A stretch of 64,000 nt of DNA, from NCBI RefSeq assembly GCF_002113885.1, contig NW_018403664.1, forward strand, positions 482,063 to 546,062, in the 5' to 3' direction. Below the pieces are notes generated by a model. The model was not told the DNA's origin. It saw only the letters and a program-made list of their open reading frames with translations, and did not search any database. The translations under genes were made by a program, and so were the position numbers. Below, piece by piece: positions 40,604-54,000 of the stretch; position 1 is the first letter of the stretch, and each line of letters starts with the position of its first letter. The DNA comes from Mizuhopecten yessoensis. Its lineage: Eukaryota.

Positions 40604-41446
40604 TAGATTGTACATAACACACTAACCAAATATACAACGTTATAATATATAGAACACACAAATTAAATAGCCCATGCCAGATTGATCTAAGATTGTACAT
40701 AACACACTAACCAAATATACAACGTTACATTATACAGAAAACACAAATTAAATAGCCCATGTCAGATTGATCTAAGATTGTACATAACACACTAACCAAA
40801 TATACAACGTTACATTATACAGAAAACACAAATTAAATAGCCCATGTCAGATTGATCTAAGATTGTACATAACACACTAACCAAATATACAACGTTACAT
40901 TATACAGAAAACACAAATTAAATAGCCCATGTCAGATTGATCTAAGATTGTACATAACACACTAACCAAATATACAACGTTACATTATACAGAAAACACA
41001 AATTAAATAGCCCATGTCAGATTGATCTAAGATTGTACATAACACACTAACCAAATATACAACGTTACATTATACAGAAAACACAAATTAAATAGCCCAT
41101 GTCAGATTGATCTAAGATTGTACATAACACACTAACCAAATATACAACGTTACATTATACAGAAAACACAAATTAAATAGCCCATGTCAGATTGATCTAA
41201 GATTGTACATAACACACTAACCAAATATACAACGTTACATTATACAGAAAACACAAATTAAATAGCCCATGTCAGATTGATCTAAGATTGTACATAACAC
41301 ACTAACCAAATATACAACGTTACATTATACAGAAAACACAAATTAAATAGCCCATGTCAGATTGATCTAAGATTGTACATAACACACTAACCAAATATAC
41401 AACGTTACATTATACAGAAAACACAAATTAAATAGCCCATGCTAGA
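40604..41446. repeat. 85-bp near-identical tandem repeat, ~10 copies (dimer of ~42-bp subunits)
   Basis: ATTGATCTAAGATTGTACAT recurs at 40681, 40766, 40851 and onward. Degenerate monomers flank the array. Confidence 0.95.
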
Positions 41447-41759
41447 TTGTAAAGAATCTTTATAATCAAAAACCCCATGTAAGATTGTACAGAACACATT
41501 AATTAAATAGTCCATGCCACAATGTACAGAGCTCACTACATTTGTATACAAGAACCAAACTAAATACCCCACGTTAGATTATCACGGTAGATTGTACGGA
41601 ACGCACCAATCAAACTCGACCTCTAAATAGATATATACAATATTAGATAACAAAAACAAACGAACTGGTTATCTAGGACAGAGAGGACGGATGGGACAGA
41701 TCTAAAACTTACTGGACACACATGACAGATAAGACAGGTTACAAACCAACTATACACAC

Positions 41760-43075
41760 AGGACAGGTTATACCAACAAGACAGATAGGTCAGATCATAC
41801 CAACAAGACAGATAGGTCAGATCATACCAACTGGACAGATAGGTCAGATCATACCAACTGGACAGATAGGTCAGATCATACCAACAAGACAGATAGGTCA
41901 GATCATACCAACTGGACAGATAGGTCAGATCATACCAACTGGACAGATAGGTCAGATCATACCAACTGGACAGATAGGTCAGATCATACCAACTGGACAG
42001 ATAGGTCAGATCATACCAACTGGACAGATAGGTCAGATCATACCAACTGGACAGATAGGTCAGATCATACCAACTGGACAGATAGGTCAGATCATACCAA
42101 CTGGACAGATAGGTCAGATCATACCAACTGGACAGATAGGTCAGATCATACCAACAAGACAGATAGGTCAGATCATACCAACTGGACAGATAGGTCAGAT
42201 CATACCAACTGGACAGATAGGTCAGATCATACCAACTGGACAGATAGGTCAGATCATACCAACTGGACAGATAGGTCAGATCATACCAACTGGACAGATA
42301 GGTCAGATCATACCAACTGGACAGATAGGTCAGATCATACCAACTGGACAGATAGGTCAGATCATACCAACTGGACAGATAGGTCAGATCATACCAACTG
42401 GACAGATAGGTCAGATCATACCAACTGGGCAAATAGGTCAGATCATACCAACTGGACAGATAGGTCAGATCATATCAAATGGACAGATAGATCAGATCAT
42501 ACCAACTGGACAGATAGGTCAGATCATACCAACTAGACAGATAGGTCAGATCATAACAACACAACAGATAGTTCAGGTCATACCAAAAGGATAGATAGGA
42601 CAGGTCATAGCAACAATACAGATAGGTCAGGTCATACCAACAGGACAGATAGGACAGGCCTACCAACAGGACAGATAGGACAGGCCTACCAACAAAATAG
42701 ATAGGACAGGTTATACCAACAGAATATATAGGACAGGTCATAGCAACAGGATAGATAGGACAGGTCATAGCAACAGGATAGATTGGGCAAATCATAGCAA
42801 CAGTACAGATATGACAGGTCATAGCAACAGTGTATATAGGACATGTCATAACAACAGAATATATAGGACAGGCCTACCAACAGGATATATAGGACAGGCC
42901 TACCAACAGGAAAGATAGGACAGGCCTACCAACAGAATAGATAGGACAGGCCTACCAACAGGATAGATAGGAGAGGCAAACAGAATATATAGGACAGGCC
43001 TACCAACAGGATAGATATGACAGGTCATAGCAACAGGACAGATAGGACAGGTCATAGCAACAGTGTATATAGGAC
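41760..43075. repeat. 27-bp tandem repeat, homogeneous core (~30 copies) with a degenerate right flank
   Basis: GGACAGATAGGTCAGATCATACCAACT. Confidence 0.96.
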
Positions 43076-43549
43076 AAATATAACGTCACTTTATCAAAAT
43101 GATATGATTTCTGAATATTGTGTCGAGGTGCAATATATGAAATATTCACTGCTATACTACTATCTAAAATTAACAATGCTTAATTACATGTACTAATTCT
43201 ATAATGGTAAGCCAACCCATTCTATTGGAGCATGTAAAATAATAATAATGTCATAATTTAATTGTTACGTACAATGTAAGACCATTTTTGAATGAAGTTG
43301 TTTAATACTGCTCGCTTCATAAGCAGGTCAAATTAACTTACAAACGCATTCTCTAGTACCTGGTTGTGTCGGACTACTTGCCTAATGGCAAGGATGCCTT
43401 TACACCTTATCTGCCTTCGCCTTTAACTTCAGCTTAATATCAGCTTGAGATCTCACGGTAAGTACTTCATCATCACTTATATCTAATTTGGGATGTTTTC
43501 CCTGACTATTTCTTTAAATGACTTTCCGATGAACTGATCTTGCAATGTT

Positions 43550-44925
43550 GGTTGGCTGAGTGATAATTTGAAAGGGTGGGCTGGGACATGAAGGGTAGAT
43601 GTTGGCTTAGGTATGAAATGTAGCGATTGGCTGAGTAATGAAGACCAGTTGTTGGGTGAGTGATAAAGGGTATGGATTGGTTTAGGAATGAAGTTTAGGG
43701 GCTGGCTTAGTGAAGAGGTATTGAGTTTGCTGAGTGATGAAAGATAGAGGTTGGATGTGTAATGAAGTGAAAGAGCTGAGTGATGTGGGGCTAGCTTGTC
43801 TGTGTATGAAGGGTAGGGGTTGGCTGTGTGATGAAGTAAAAGAGCTAAGTGATGAGGGGCTAGCTTGTCTGTGTATGAAGGGTAGGGGTTGGCTGTGTGA
43901 TAAAGTGAATGAAGGGTAGGGGTTGACTGTGTGATGAAGTGAATGAAGGGTAGGGGTTGACTGTGTGATGAAGTGAAAGAGCTGAGTGATTTGGGGCTAT
44001 CTTGTCTGTGTGTGAAGGGTAGGGGCTGGCTGTGTGATGAAGTGAAAGAGTTAGTGATGTGGGGCTAGCTTGTCTGTGTATGAAGGGCATGGGTTGACTG
44101 TGATGAAGTTAAATAGCTGAGTGATGTGGGGCTAGCTTGTATGTGTATGAAGGGGTAATGGAGATCAGGGCTCGGCTGAGTGGCGCGAATTGAAGTAATG
44201 ATATGAAGGGTAGAGGTTGGCTGTGTGATGAAGTGAAAGAGCTGAGTGTTTTAGGGCTAGTTTGTATGTGTATGAAGGGTATGGGCTGGCTGCGTGATGA
44301 AGTGAAAGAGCTAAGTGATGAGGTGCTAGCTTGTCTGTGTGTGAAAGGTATGGGCTGGCTGTGTGATTAAGTAAATGAAGGGTAGGGGCTGGCTGTGTGA
44401 TGAAGTGAAAGAGCTAAGTGATGAGGTGCTAGCTTGTCAGTGTATGACGGGTAGGAGGTGGCTTAGTGATGAAGGGTAGGGTTTGTCTGTACGATAAAAC
44501 GTTGAGGTTGGCTAACTAATGAAGGGCAGGGGTTGACCTAATGATGAAGGATATGGTTTGTCTGTACAATGAAGGGTTGGGGTTGCCTGTGTGATGAAGG
44601 GTAGGGGTTGGCTGTATAATGAAGGGTAGGGGTTGGCTGTATGATGAAGGGTAGGGGTTGGCTATGTGATGAAATGTCGGGGTTGGCTGTATGATGAACA
44701 GTAGGGGTTGGCTGTATGATGAACAGTAGGGGTTGGCTGTATCATGAAGTGTTGGGGTTGGCTGTGTGATGAAGGGTAGGGGTTGGTTGTATAATGAAGG
44801 GTTGAATTTGGCTGAGTAATAAGTAAGGACAGGTAGAATTGTGATGAAAGATGAAGGGTTGGAGTGGGTGTGTGATGAATTGCGGGGGTTGGCTTTAATG
44901 ATGAAGGGGCTGGCGGATGAGATGA
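43550..44925. repeat. degenerate G-rich minisatellite upstream of copy C
   Basis: GATGAAGGGTAGGGGTTGGCTGT-type units. It includes an exact fragment of the 48-bp unit found upstream of copy B, at about 44154-44185. Confidence 0.88.
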
Positions 44926-45032
44926 AGAGTAGGATTTTAGTTTTCAGGGGAAATGGCGATTGAAGTATCCACGTGACAACATAGATACGTATTTTGTAAT
45001 TCCAGGCGTGATATTACCGTGATACCACAATA

Positions 45033-48000
45033 ATGGCGACACTGAGTGGAGGTAAGTTGAACAAGTTTAACTCTAAGGGTTACCTTTAAAAAAACACTCT
45101 AGACCTCTTGTTGTATTTTTTGTTCAGATGGTTTGTTTTAAACTGCTAGAAATAATCTATAACATAAGAAAATGTTTAAATCGAAGTCATAAATTTACTT
45201 TCGATTTAGAACGATAGATGCAAACGTTATCATGTATACTTCCATAAATGCTTATTTGCTCTGCTGGTTTAATCTAATTAATATCAACAACAATAGGAAA
45301 GAACTGACTGTAAATAGTGTATGTACCAGCGTCCACCTCTTATATATGACATGTATTCGCTGTATTCCAGATATAGTCACTGTGTGTCTATGTCTATTCT
45401 CTATCATAAGAAGCAGCAATCACAGGTTATTACACTGTTTAAGGATGCGTTTTTGTCCCCAAAACCCAAAAACGTCTTGTCGATCACTGTTTTTGTTTCT
45501 TTACATAGTGTACTCGTTCACACCGAAGGGTTTCCGGGTGACTCAGGATATGAAGAAGAGTTTCGATCACCAGGGATATATCTTAGTCAAGTAAGTGTTT
45601 AGCAACATCATATGTATTATCTCGTCTTCCAAGAAACTCATACTCATTGTTATTCTTTTATGTTTTCATGATATTCTATTTGTTGTGTGTGAGGAAGACG
45701 ATAGGAATGTAATTATGATAGTGACCAATACAAGATAACACTTCCTATAACACATACAACATATAATACGTATCATAATTACACAAGATTTCCTTTAGGA
45801 TATGTTATAAAACGTATGCTAATGACCATTCTTACAGAGGATTTATATATCAAATAGTGAAATAGAGACCAATGCTACAAGTTCTTCCTTTATTAAATAT
45901 ATGACGGAAAGGCTTTGCGAGGTGTTCAATTTCATTTTCCCCAAAATGTTTTCGAATATGTTACGTATTCAGTAATTAAATGGAACATATATTTCCATAG
46001 AATGCTATGGTAATGTTTACAAATCAATGTTTAGCGCGGTACGATTAACCTCATAAGACGTTTGAATTTAAAAAAAATATATTTGTATTGTTCTGTTAAT
46101 AAAATATGTTCTATAGGAAATATATGAAAAAACCCTATCAAAGGACGTTTGTTTAATTTACAGGGGCATGTTCGACAAGGAGGAGATCACAAACCTGAGG
46201 AAGGTGTTTGAGAAAACAGACATCATTAACGATAACGGATTTGGCGTAGGTTGTGCCAACCCTTGTCGTTGATTGAGAAAACCATTTTATTTTTATTTTT
46301 TGTACGGAAACAATTTATGGAAGGAGACATTCTCTTGTTCAATCTATACGTTCAGTTCGCAAGGATAGAATACAGGAAACAAACTTCTCAAAATCACACC
46401 ATTCAAATAACCAGGAAACAAACTTCTCAAAATCACACCATTCAAATCACCAAGAAACAAAAACTAATGTAATATCAAAGACTAAGCCACAAAAATGTCA
46501 TACATATACATGTACTACAGGTAAACTGATACCAGAGACATTACAAACCGAACAATACAGCCTAACCGTCACACTAACCGTAACCTTACAGTCAAACTAA
46601 CCGTAACCTTACCGTCACACTAACCGTAACCTTACCGTCACACTAACCTTAACCTTACAGTCACACTAACCGTAACCTTACCGTCGCACTAACCGTAACC
46701 GTACCGTCACACTAACCGTAGCCTCCATCACCATGTTCTTTGTTTTTATCTCCCGGATACGAAAGTTGGCAGGGAGTTACTAATGGAATCTATCGCTACT
46801 GGTTGTGTAAGATAGAGAAATCTCAACCCTCGGACTAAGATTTTTTGTCCAGAACGAGGCTTGCCGTGTTCTGGACAAAAAATCTTAGTCCGAGGGTTGA
46901 GATTTCTCTATCTTACACAACCAGTAGCGATTGATTATTTTTCTCCCATATCTAACAGTATTTTAATGTGAAATAAAGGTAAACATGGACCCAAAACACA
47001 TACAGGCAATTTGTTGATGGATTGTTGACGTGACGTCATTGTATTGTTGAAGTGACGTCATGCCATTGTTATGAATAGGGGAATCCCCCCGTCTCAACCC
47101 TAGGGCGGAGACAGATAAATCTAGCACCGGCAAAACGGGAGATAAATCTGTCAGGTGTGGGAGAGAAATGGGTTCCGTCCGTTCAACTGATTGAGCATAA
47201 CTGTTTCAGAAGCATTCCTCAAATGTCGCAGATATTTTATTTAGAAACTTCCGCGATGCATCAATCACAGTGTAGAAGGGTGATTTATTTTATTTTATTA
47301 GGTTTCATTTTTCAATAAGTTCAAGAACTTTCCAGTTGCGATGGAAACTACCCTCAGATATGTAAATTTTGGTACGTAATTGAGTTTCCAGAGTTTATCT
47401 CGAAAGTTTCAGATTTGATAATCAAAAGTCACGCTAGTATCACTTCCACTGCTGAGGAATGAACTTTGGTATTCCCACCTTTTTGGTTTCCTTTTTTTTT
47501 TTTTTTTTTTNNNNNNNNNNNNNNNNNNNNNNNNNNNNNNNNNNNNNNNNNNNNNNNNNNNNNNNNNNNNNNNNNNNNNNNNNNNNNNNNNNNNNNNNNN
47601 NNNNNNNNNNNNNNNNNNNNNNNNNNNNNNNNNNNNNNNNNNNNNNNNNNNNNNNNNNNNNNNNNNNNNNNNNNNNNNNNNNNNNNNNNNNNNNNNNNNN
47701 NNNNNNNNNNNNNNNNNNNNNNNNNNNNNNNNNNNNNNNNNNNNNNNNNNNNNNNNNNNNNNNNNNNNNNNNNNNNNNNGGATGCCGTCAAGGTGATCCT
47801 ATCGCCCCATATATTTTTATACTTTGTGTTGAGGTCCTAGCATCAAAAATAAGAAATAATGACCATATTAAAGGCATCCAATTGGAAAATATAGATATTT
47901 TAAATATACAATATGCAGATGATTCTGGGTTGATACTAGATGGTACTGAGAGGTCTCTTAAGGAATCTATCGATGAATTGAATAATTTTGCAAATATCTC

Positions 48001-51000
48001 TGGGTTAAAGATCAATACTACAAAAACACAGGTTATATGGATAGGCAGTAGAAAATATAGTGACCAAACTTTCCTTCCAGACTTGCATCTACAATGGGGG
48101 AAGGATAAGTTCAACTTTTTGGGTATAGATTTTTCCGTAGATTTAAGTGAGATTCCAAGAATGAATTTTGACAAAAAGATTGTTAAACTTCAAGCTCTTA
48201 TTAATAATTGGAATAGACGGAGTTTGACTCCATTAGGTAGAATTAGTATCATAATGGTTTCCATTAATTTTACTTCAGCACGAGAACAGTGTCCATTAGT
48301 TAATCATATTCAACTGGGATGCCCACTACATGTGTTAACTTTCTGATATCAAGAAATGTTCAATTGTCGAGAAAACAGCGACCAAAATTTGTAAACCTTG
48401 ATACATACGTTTTGTTTCCGGAGCTCATCTCTAATACCAATGCTGTTCAAATTTTCCGTATGAATCAATGGTATTGCAGAGGGTTTTCTGGTGTAATTTT
48501 TCACTTTTCTGATTTCAAACATTGTATTTGTAATAGAAACTAAACCTATACATTTTGGCGCGAATTCCCCTTTCCTATCGCATCACAAAAACCGTTTGTT
48601 ATTTGATGCTCAAACCTGCCATGAAAGCAAATTCCACTATAGAAGGATTTTTTCTTCGATGTTTCCAAAATGAGTTATTTTCGAGGTTATCAACAAAGCA
48701 AGCTCATATTTACATAATTTGATATTTCAAAAATAGCAAAAGGGAGATTTTGACAACGTCTATTGTTTGTAACGTGATGTTTTCTCTTACAAGATATAGT
48801 ACGAGCATTATCGACGTTTGGTTCAAAAGGCTGTTTTCAAATTCTTTTTGTAGGTAGACGATGGACAGGGGAAAAAGGCAAAAATGGTCACGTGGAACAA
48901 TCCCGGAAATGACGTATCTGGAATGATAGCACGATGCGAGAAGGTCGTCAATACTTGTGAAGACGTAAGAACAAAACATGTCGTTTGATCATATGGCACA
49001 CGTATGAGTAAATAGTTCAGTCTTACACTAATAACACTAGAATCACAGAATTGCTTATTGCGATTGTCTTTGTTGTTGTATAGGTTTTTATATTAATTCA
49101 TCCCATCATCGACATTTATACCATTGTGAAAACCTAACGTATCACAAACACATAATATAGAATATGACAACTAGGTACATCACCTGATTGTTATGGGTTT
49201 ATAACATATAATTTGTAATGAAATAAAATATACTACACACTTAATAAAACCGACACCAAACATTAACTCTAGCTTGTTGATTAATTTGGTTTCTGACATT
49301 TTCCATCTTGATACATAATATCCAGTATTTAGTAGAATACCTGAGTTTACAGATTATACCTGATAGGATTGTTTGTTTAGCTGTTGGGAGGCGAGGTGTA
49401 CCAATACCACGGAAAACTGCTGTACAAGGATCCCTTCACTGGTGGTGCCTTCTTCTGGCATCAGGATTACGGGTAGGTCATACACAAAGACTCCTCCATC
49501 GTTCGCATAGTCCATTCCTCTGACGCCAGTACTAGTGGTAAATGCTATGCTTAAATCCACCGACATGCAATGTATTTCTTTAGCATAAAACTAACTGGCA
49601 AACAATGGGCAAAGACCCGTTTACATAGAGAGGGGCCAGTCATCCTCAATGAAAGCAGGAAAGCAATGTACCTCTTGACAGGGGGAAGAGTCGATCTTCT
49701 TATGAACAATAAACACAATACCCTTTATGGTTCTTGTTACTTCTAAGCGAGGTTAAGTGCGAAACAAACCCCAATTTACAGGGAGAGCGGCTAAGCGACG
49801 ATCATGTTGTTCCTTTCAAAGAAGAGTTTCCACTTACATAAATGCTAAAGACAATAGCGACAAAGAATGGTATTAGAAATATCGCACAATGCAGAATCAA
49901 TTCATCAAGTATAATGGTTAGATGAAAAGGAAACTGTTTTAAGTGTTTGCACATTTATAAAACGTTTAGCGTTTGTAAAAGAATATAAACCAGCAATCGC
50001 GGATACCAATATTGTGATGTCTGTACAAAGGACACTAACGCATCATATTGCTATCGAGTCTGCAAAGGGTGTTGTCCACATGATGTTTGGGGATTTCTTT
50101 GTCTGCATTTCTTTTGTTGAATTTGGAAGCAGGTTACCGTTATGATTATTTTAATTATTCTGATTAAAAGTTATAAAAAGGGATATAAATGACTTGCCCC
50201 CATTGAGTTAATTTCAGTATAATGATACAATGATGAGCATTTTCCTTTAAATACGAAAATGTCATCTCATTCAATTTATAGAACTTAAAATTAAAAGTCA
50301 AAGTTTAAATTTTCTTTTCTCAGAAGTAACTTACCAACATCCACTGTTTATTGAGTTTGAAAGTCGATGTTTATCCGCTGCTAGTGAGTATGTTCTTGGT
50401 CCATGATTATCTAGATAATTAAATCGCACATATGGTCTATGACATGGCATTAAAAACACATGCAACTTCTGACATTTTCAAAAGTACGACAATAACGATC
50501 GACTCACTAGTAAACCTATGACAATTTTAATTAGTCCAATTGTTGGATCTCTAAACTTCCTCAACATACATACCAACCTGCCATCTGTTTTTGGACAGTT
50601 AAACATTCGTCTAACTTCTTACCTACTAAGCCAGCCTTGAAATCTACGTCGTCATCATGAACTCCGATCATAATTTAAGTCTGAGGTCGTTGTATTCCGC
50701 TCTATACTTTCCAGGTACTGGTATTACAACAGTTGCCTGTTTCCCGACATGTTGACAGTGTTCATAGCCATCGACAAATGTACCCGATCGAATGGATGTC
50801 TGCAGGTACGATTCTAGTAACCAGAGAACATTTTTGATATGATGGCTATTTTGCATATTGAAAAACATTTGCCCGTGAGAGTTGTCTCTATATACTGTAC
50901 CGTACACTCTCGGTGCCATAACTATCATTTAACGGTTGACAGATCCTACCCGGATCCAATAGATGTGGCCGTATTGTCCATGACGTCGTCTGCGGTCAGA

Positions 51001-54000
51001 CTGCCGCCAACACTGAGCGAGTGTCTGCTATTGAGAAGGCCTGCCCGAAGGCCTACGTAGAGATGGAGCCAGGTAAGTGGTTTTACACCTACACAACTGT
51101 ACTTTTCGCTGACCCAATGCAATGGTGCTTGTATCACTCAATGAAAACCAGGAAAAAATTAACATTTCATCTTCATTTTGTTTTGCTTCATTAACGTTTA
51201 GGTACTACTGTGGACAAAACAAGCTTTAAACACGATTTAAACAAAACAAACAATGACATGTATACTTTTTATATCCACACACATCAAATAAGTTGATAGA
51301 GTGATCATCTCTCACCGATAACGCAAAACCCGACACGTGTATATCTTCGTCCGTTGAAAAACGAAGTAACATTAAACGGTATATCTTGGAAGTTTAATAA
51401 ACTATTCATTATAAAGTATATTTTGGAATTCTGATAGCATAACTTTATTTCCACTTTTGGTTTTCTTAACATGTTATATTGCAGGTGACGCATTATTCTT
51501 CCACTGTAACCTTCTGCACTCCAGTTCTGGCAATGAGAGTGCTGATAGACGTTGGGCGTACCTAATAGCCTATAACACCAGGGCGAACAACGCCTTAGTG
51601 CGCCATCACCACGCCCAGTACACGCCCCTACACAAGGTAAATCTGCCCACCCAGTCTATATAGATAATAAAGCGGTAGCCAAGCACACACCCTTACAGAG
51701 GTTGTAATAATATCCTGACGACATACATCCTTAAAGACATCAGTAAAAGCCGACATACAAAGTAGATAAACTGCAACGCAGGATAAACTCCCTCTTAAAG
51801 AGCAGTAGCCCCACCCTCGTAAACACTACTACAAAGTCTACAGAAAAATAAAAGTCATTAGTTTAGCCACTTCACAAGAAATTGGAGGCCCCGGGACGTC
51901 CATAATACACCACCGGCAATGAGCTTTACACCAATGACCTCATCTGTTCGATGTACAGCAGAGAGCATGACGTATATCTCCATACAAGGTACAGTACAGT
52001 CAGCTGCACACAATAGGCACGCCTAAACATGGTAGAGAAACTTCCATCCAGTAAACATACTACACAAGGTAAATAATATAACACACGTTCATGCCCAGGG
52101 GTGTTAAATAGGGAAATTTCAGCCGAGGGTTTCGCCAAATTTGAAATTCCCGAGGATAGGAAAAATCCACCCTCGGGGTTTTTAAATTTGGTAAAACCCA
52201 AGGCCTTGCCTTCCCTTTTCTACATCCTTTGGCATGAAAGAGCATTTTTCTCTCATTCCAACTTCCAGAATAAGCTCAGAAGCCTTGAAAATGCGTTTGA
52301 ACTGGCTACCATTTTGAAAAAATCAATGCTTTTTTGACGAAAACGAATCTGTCAGTGAGAGTAAGCTTGCTCTATATTTCTAAACAGAGTTTGCGCCGAA
52401 AAAATAATCTCATATTTTTAACGTGTACGGCAAATATATCGTAAAAGGTTTTCATTTCATCAAGTCGCCTTTTCCGCATTGCGGCATCGTAGTTACCCAA
52501 ATTCTTGACATCACGTCATTGTTGAGCTATTGTGACGTCACGTCACGTTACATGGGTTGTAAGAAATGTTTATTACTCCTTTCTTACACTGGACAGCTAC
52601 ATATATGTATATCTTACAAACACGTATATGAGAGAATACTATAATGTTATGGGTGTGGTCCGTGGACAGGGATATCTCAACCCTCGGATACAAAATGTAA
52701 GAACTCGGCTTTCGAGTGGTGGACAGCCAAACTCTTATTCGAGGGTTGAGATTTCCCTGTCCACGGATCATACCTATGTTTGATTCTCTCCCATACTCGA
52801 AATAAACATGCCAGTGTCAATACTCCGTGACCTTCACATGCTTGTATTCAATGACCCATATGAATGCAATTATATGTTAATTCTATAGATGTGATGAACC
52901 CTGAACATAAAATCAGAAATCCATTAAAAGCACAACGTTAACAATGGGTTTTTTTTATTTAATAATCCATCAACAGTAATATATCAGTTAATATATCGTA
53001 TAATAAGTACAGAATTAATAAAAATTTAACAGTCAAAACAACAGATCTATTTCAAACGCCGACGTCATTTGGCGCACTTGCCTGGCGGAAATAATTCCAT
53101 TCATCAGTGACATCATCGCGCGTGTAGGCCGAGGAAACGACCGGTTTATCTATTCACGGGTCAATTCCTGTCTTTCACGGGCACGTATGGAAGAAATCTC
53201 CATCCAAAAGAGACCTCCTAAAAAATTAAGTAAATCACATCAGGTAGACAACAATACACTACAAAAAGGAAATCCTCCTTGTAGAAAAATTCAACACAAG
53301 AAAAAAAATCCCACCTAGTAGATTCTCATCCAAATGGTAGAGAAATTCTACCATACTAAGCACGTGAACTCTCGCTTTTGCTAGGGGACATCCTGTCCTT
53401 ACCAGGTTGTCATTTATTACACAACACATGATTATACGACAAATAATTAAATACATATATACATTCATATAACAAACTACATAACTATGTTTGGCGAAAG
53501 GGGCAACTCAGTTACTACAAAATAAACTAAATATCCTTCTCCTGGATTTTTCGTCAGAAGAAGAATAGCATGTAGTGTCCAGTTAAATATCATCATCTTT
53601 AAAATCTAGCGGACCGCCAACAATGCAGTGTTGGAACAGTTCTTGGCTAGAGCTACTGATGAGTATGACAGAAGAGGATAATAACTGGACATCATGTATA
53701 TTGTAATGAGCTATACCCCATCACGGTGTAGCTTGCTGAGCCACCAGGTCCGGATGAGGAATAGGTGTCAGTATGGTTAAACAGATATATAGATAGATGA
53801 TCATCCCGTATTACACTATGCCTCATCTCGGTGCAGCTTGATGAGCTACCAGGTCCGAATGTATAACTAACGTCAGATGTGTTCCATTATTATAGTATAT
53901 GATTAACTAGCAAAGATTGTATTTCATTAGTTTTATTTACAACAATAGTATAGAATGAATGTCATAGATATATATACGTCACAGTCATGTTCATTTCAAT

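Noticed and set aside
41623-42880. Long ORFs (IPTGQIGQI)n on + and (SSWYDLTYL)n on -
   Set aside because: By-products of a stop-free 27-bp tandem repeat. They are open on both strands, with no unique domain or splice context.
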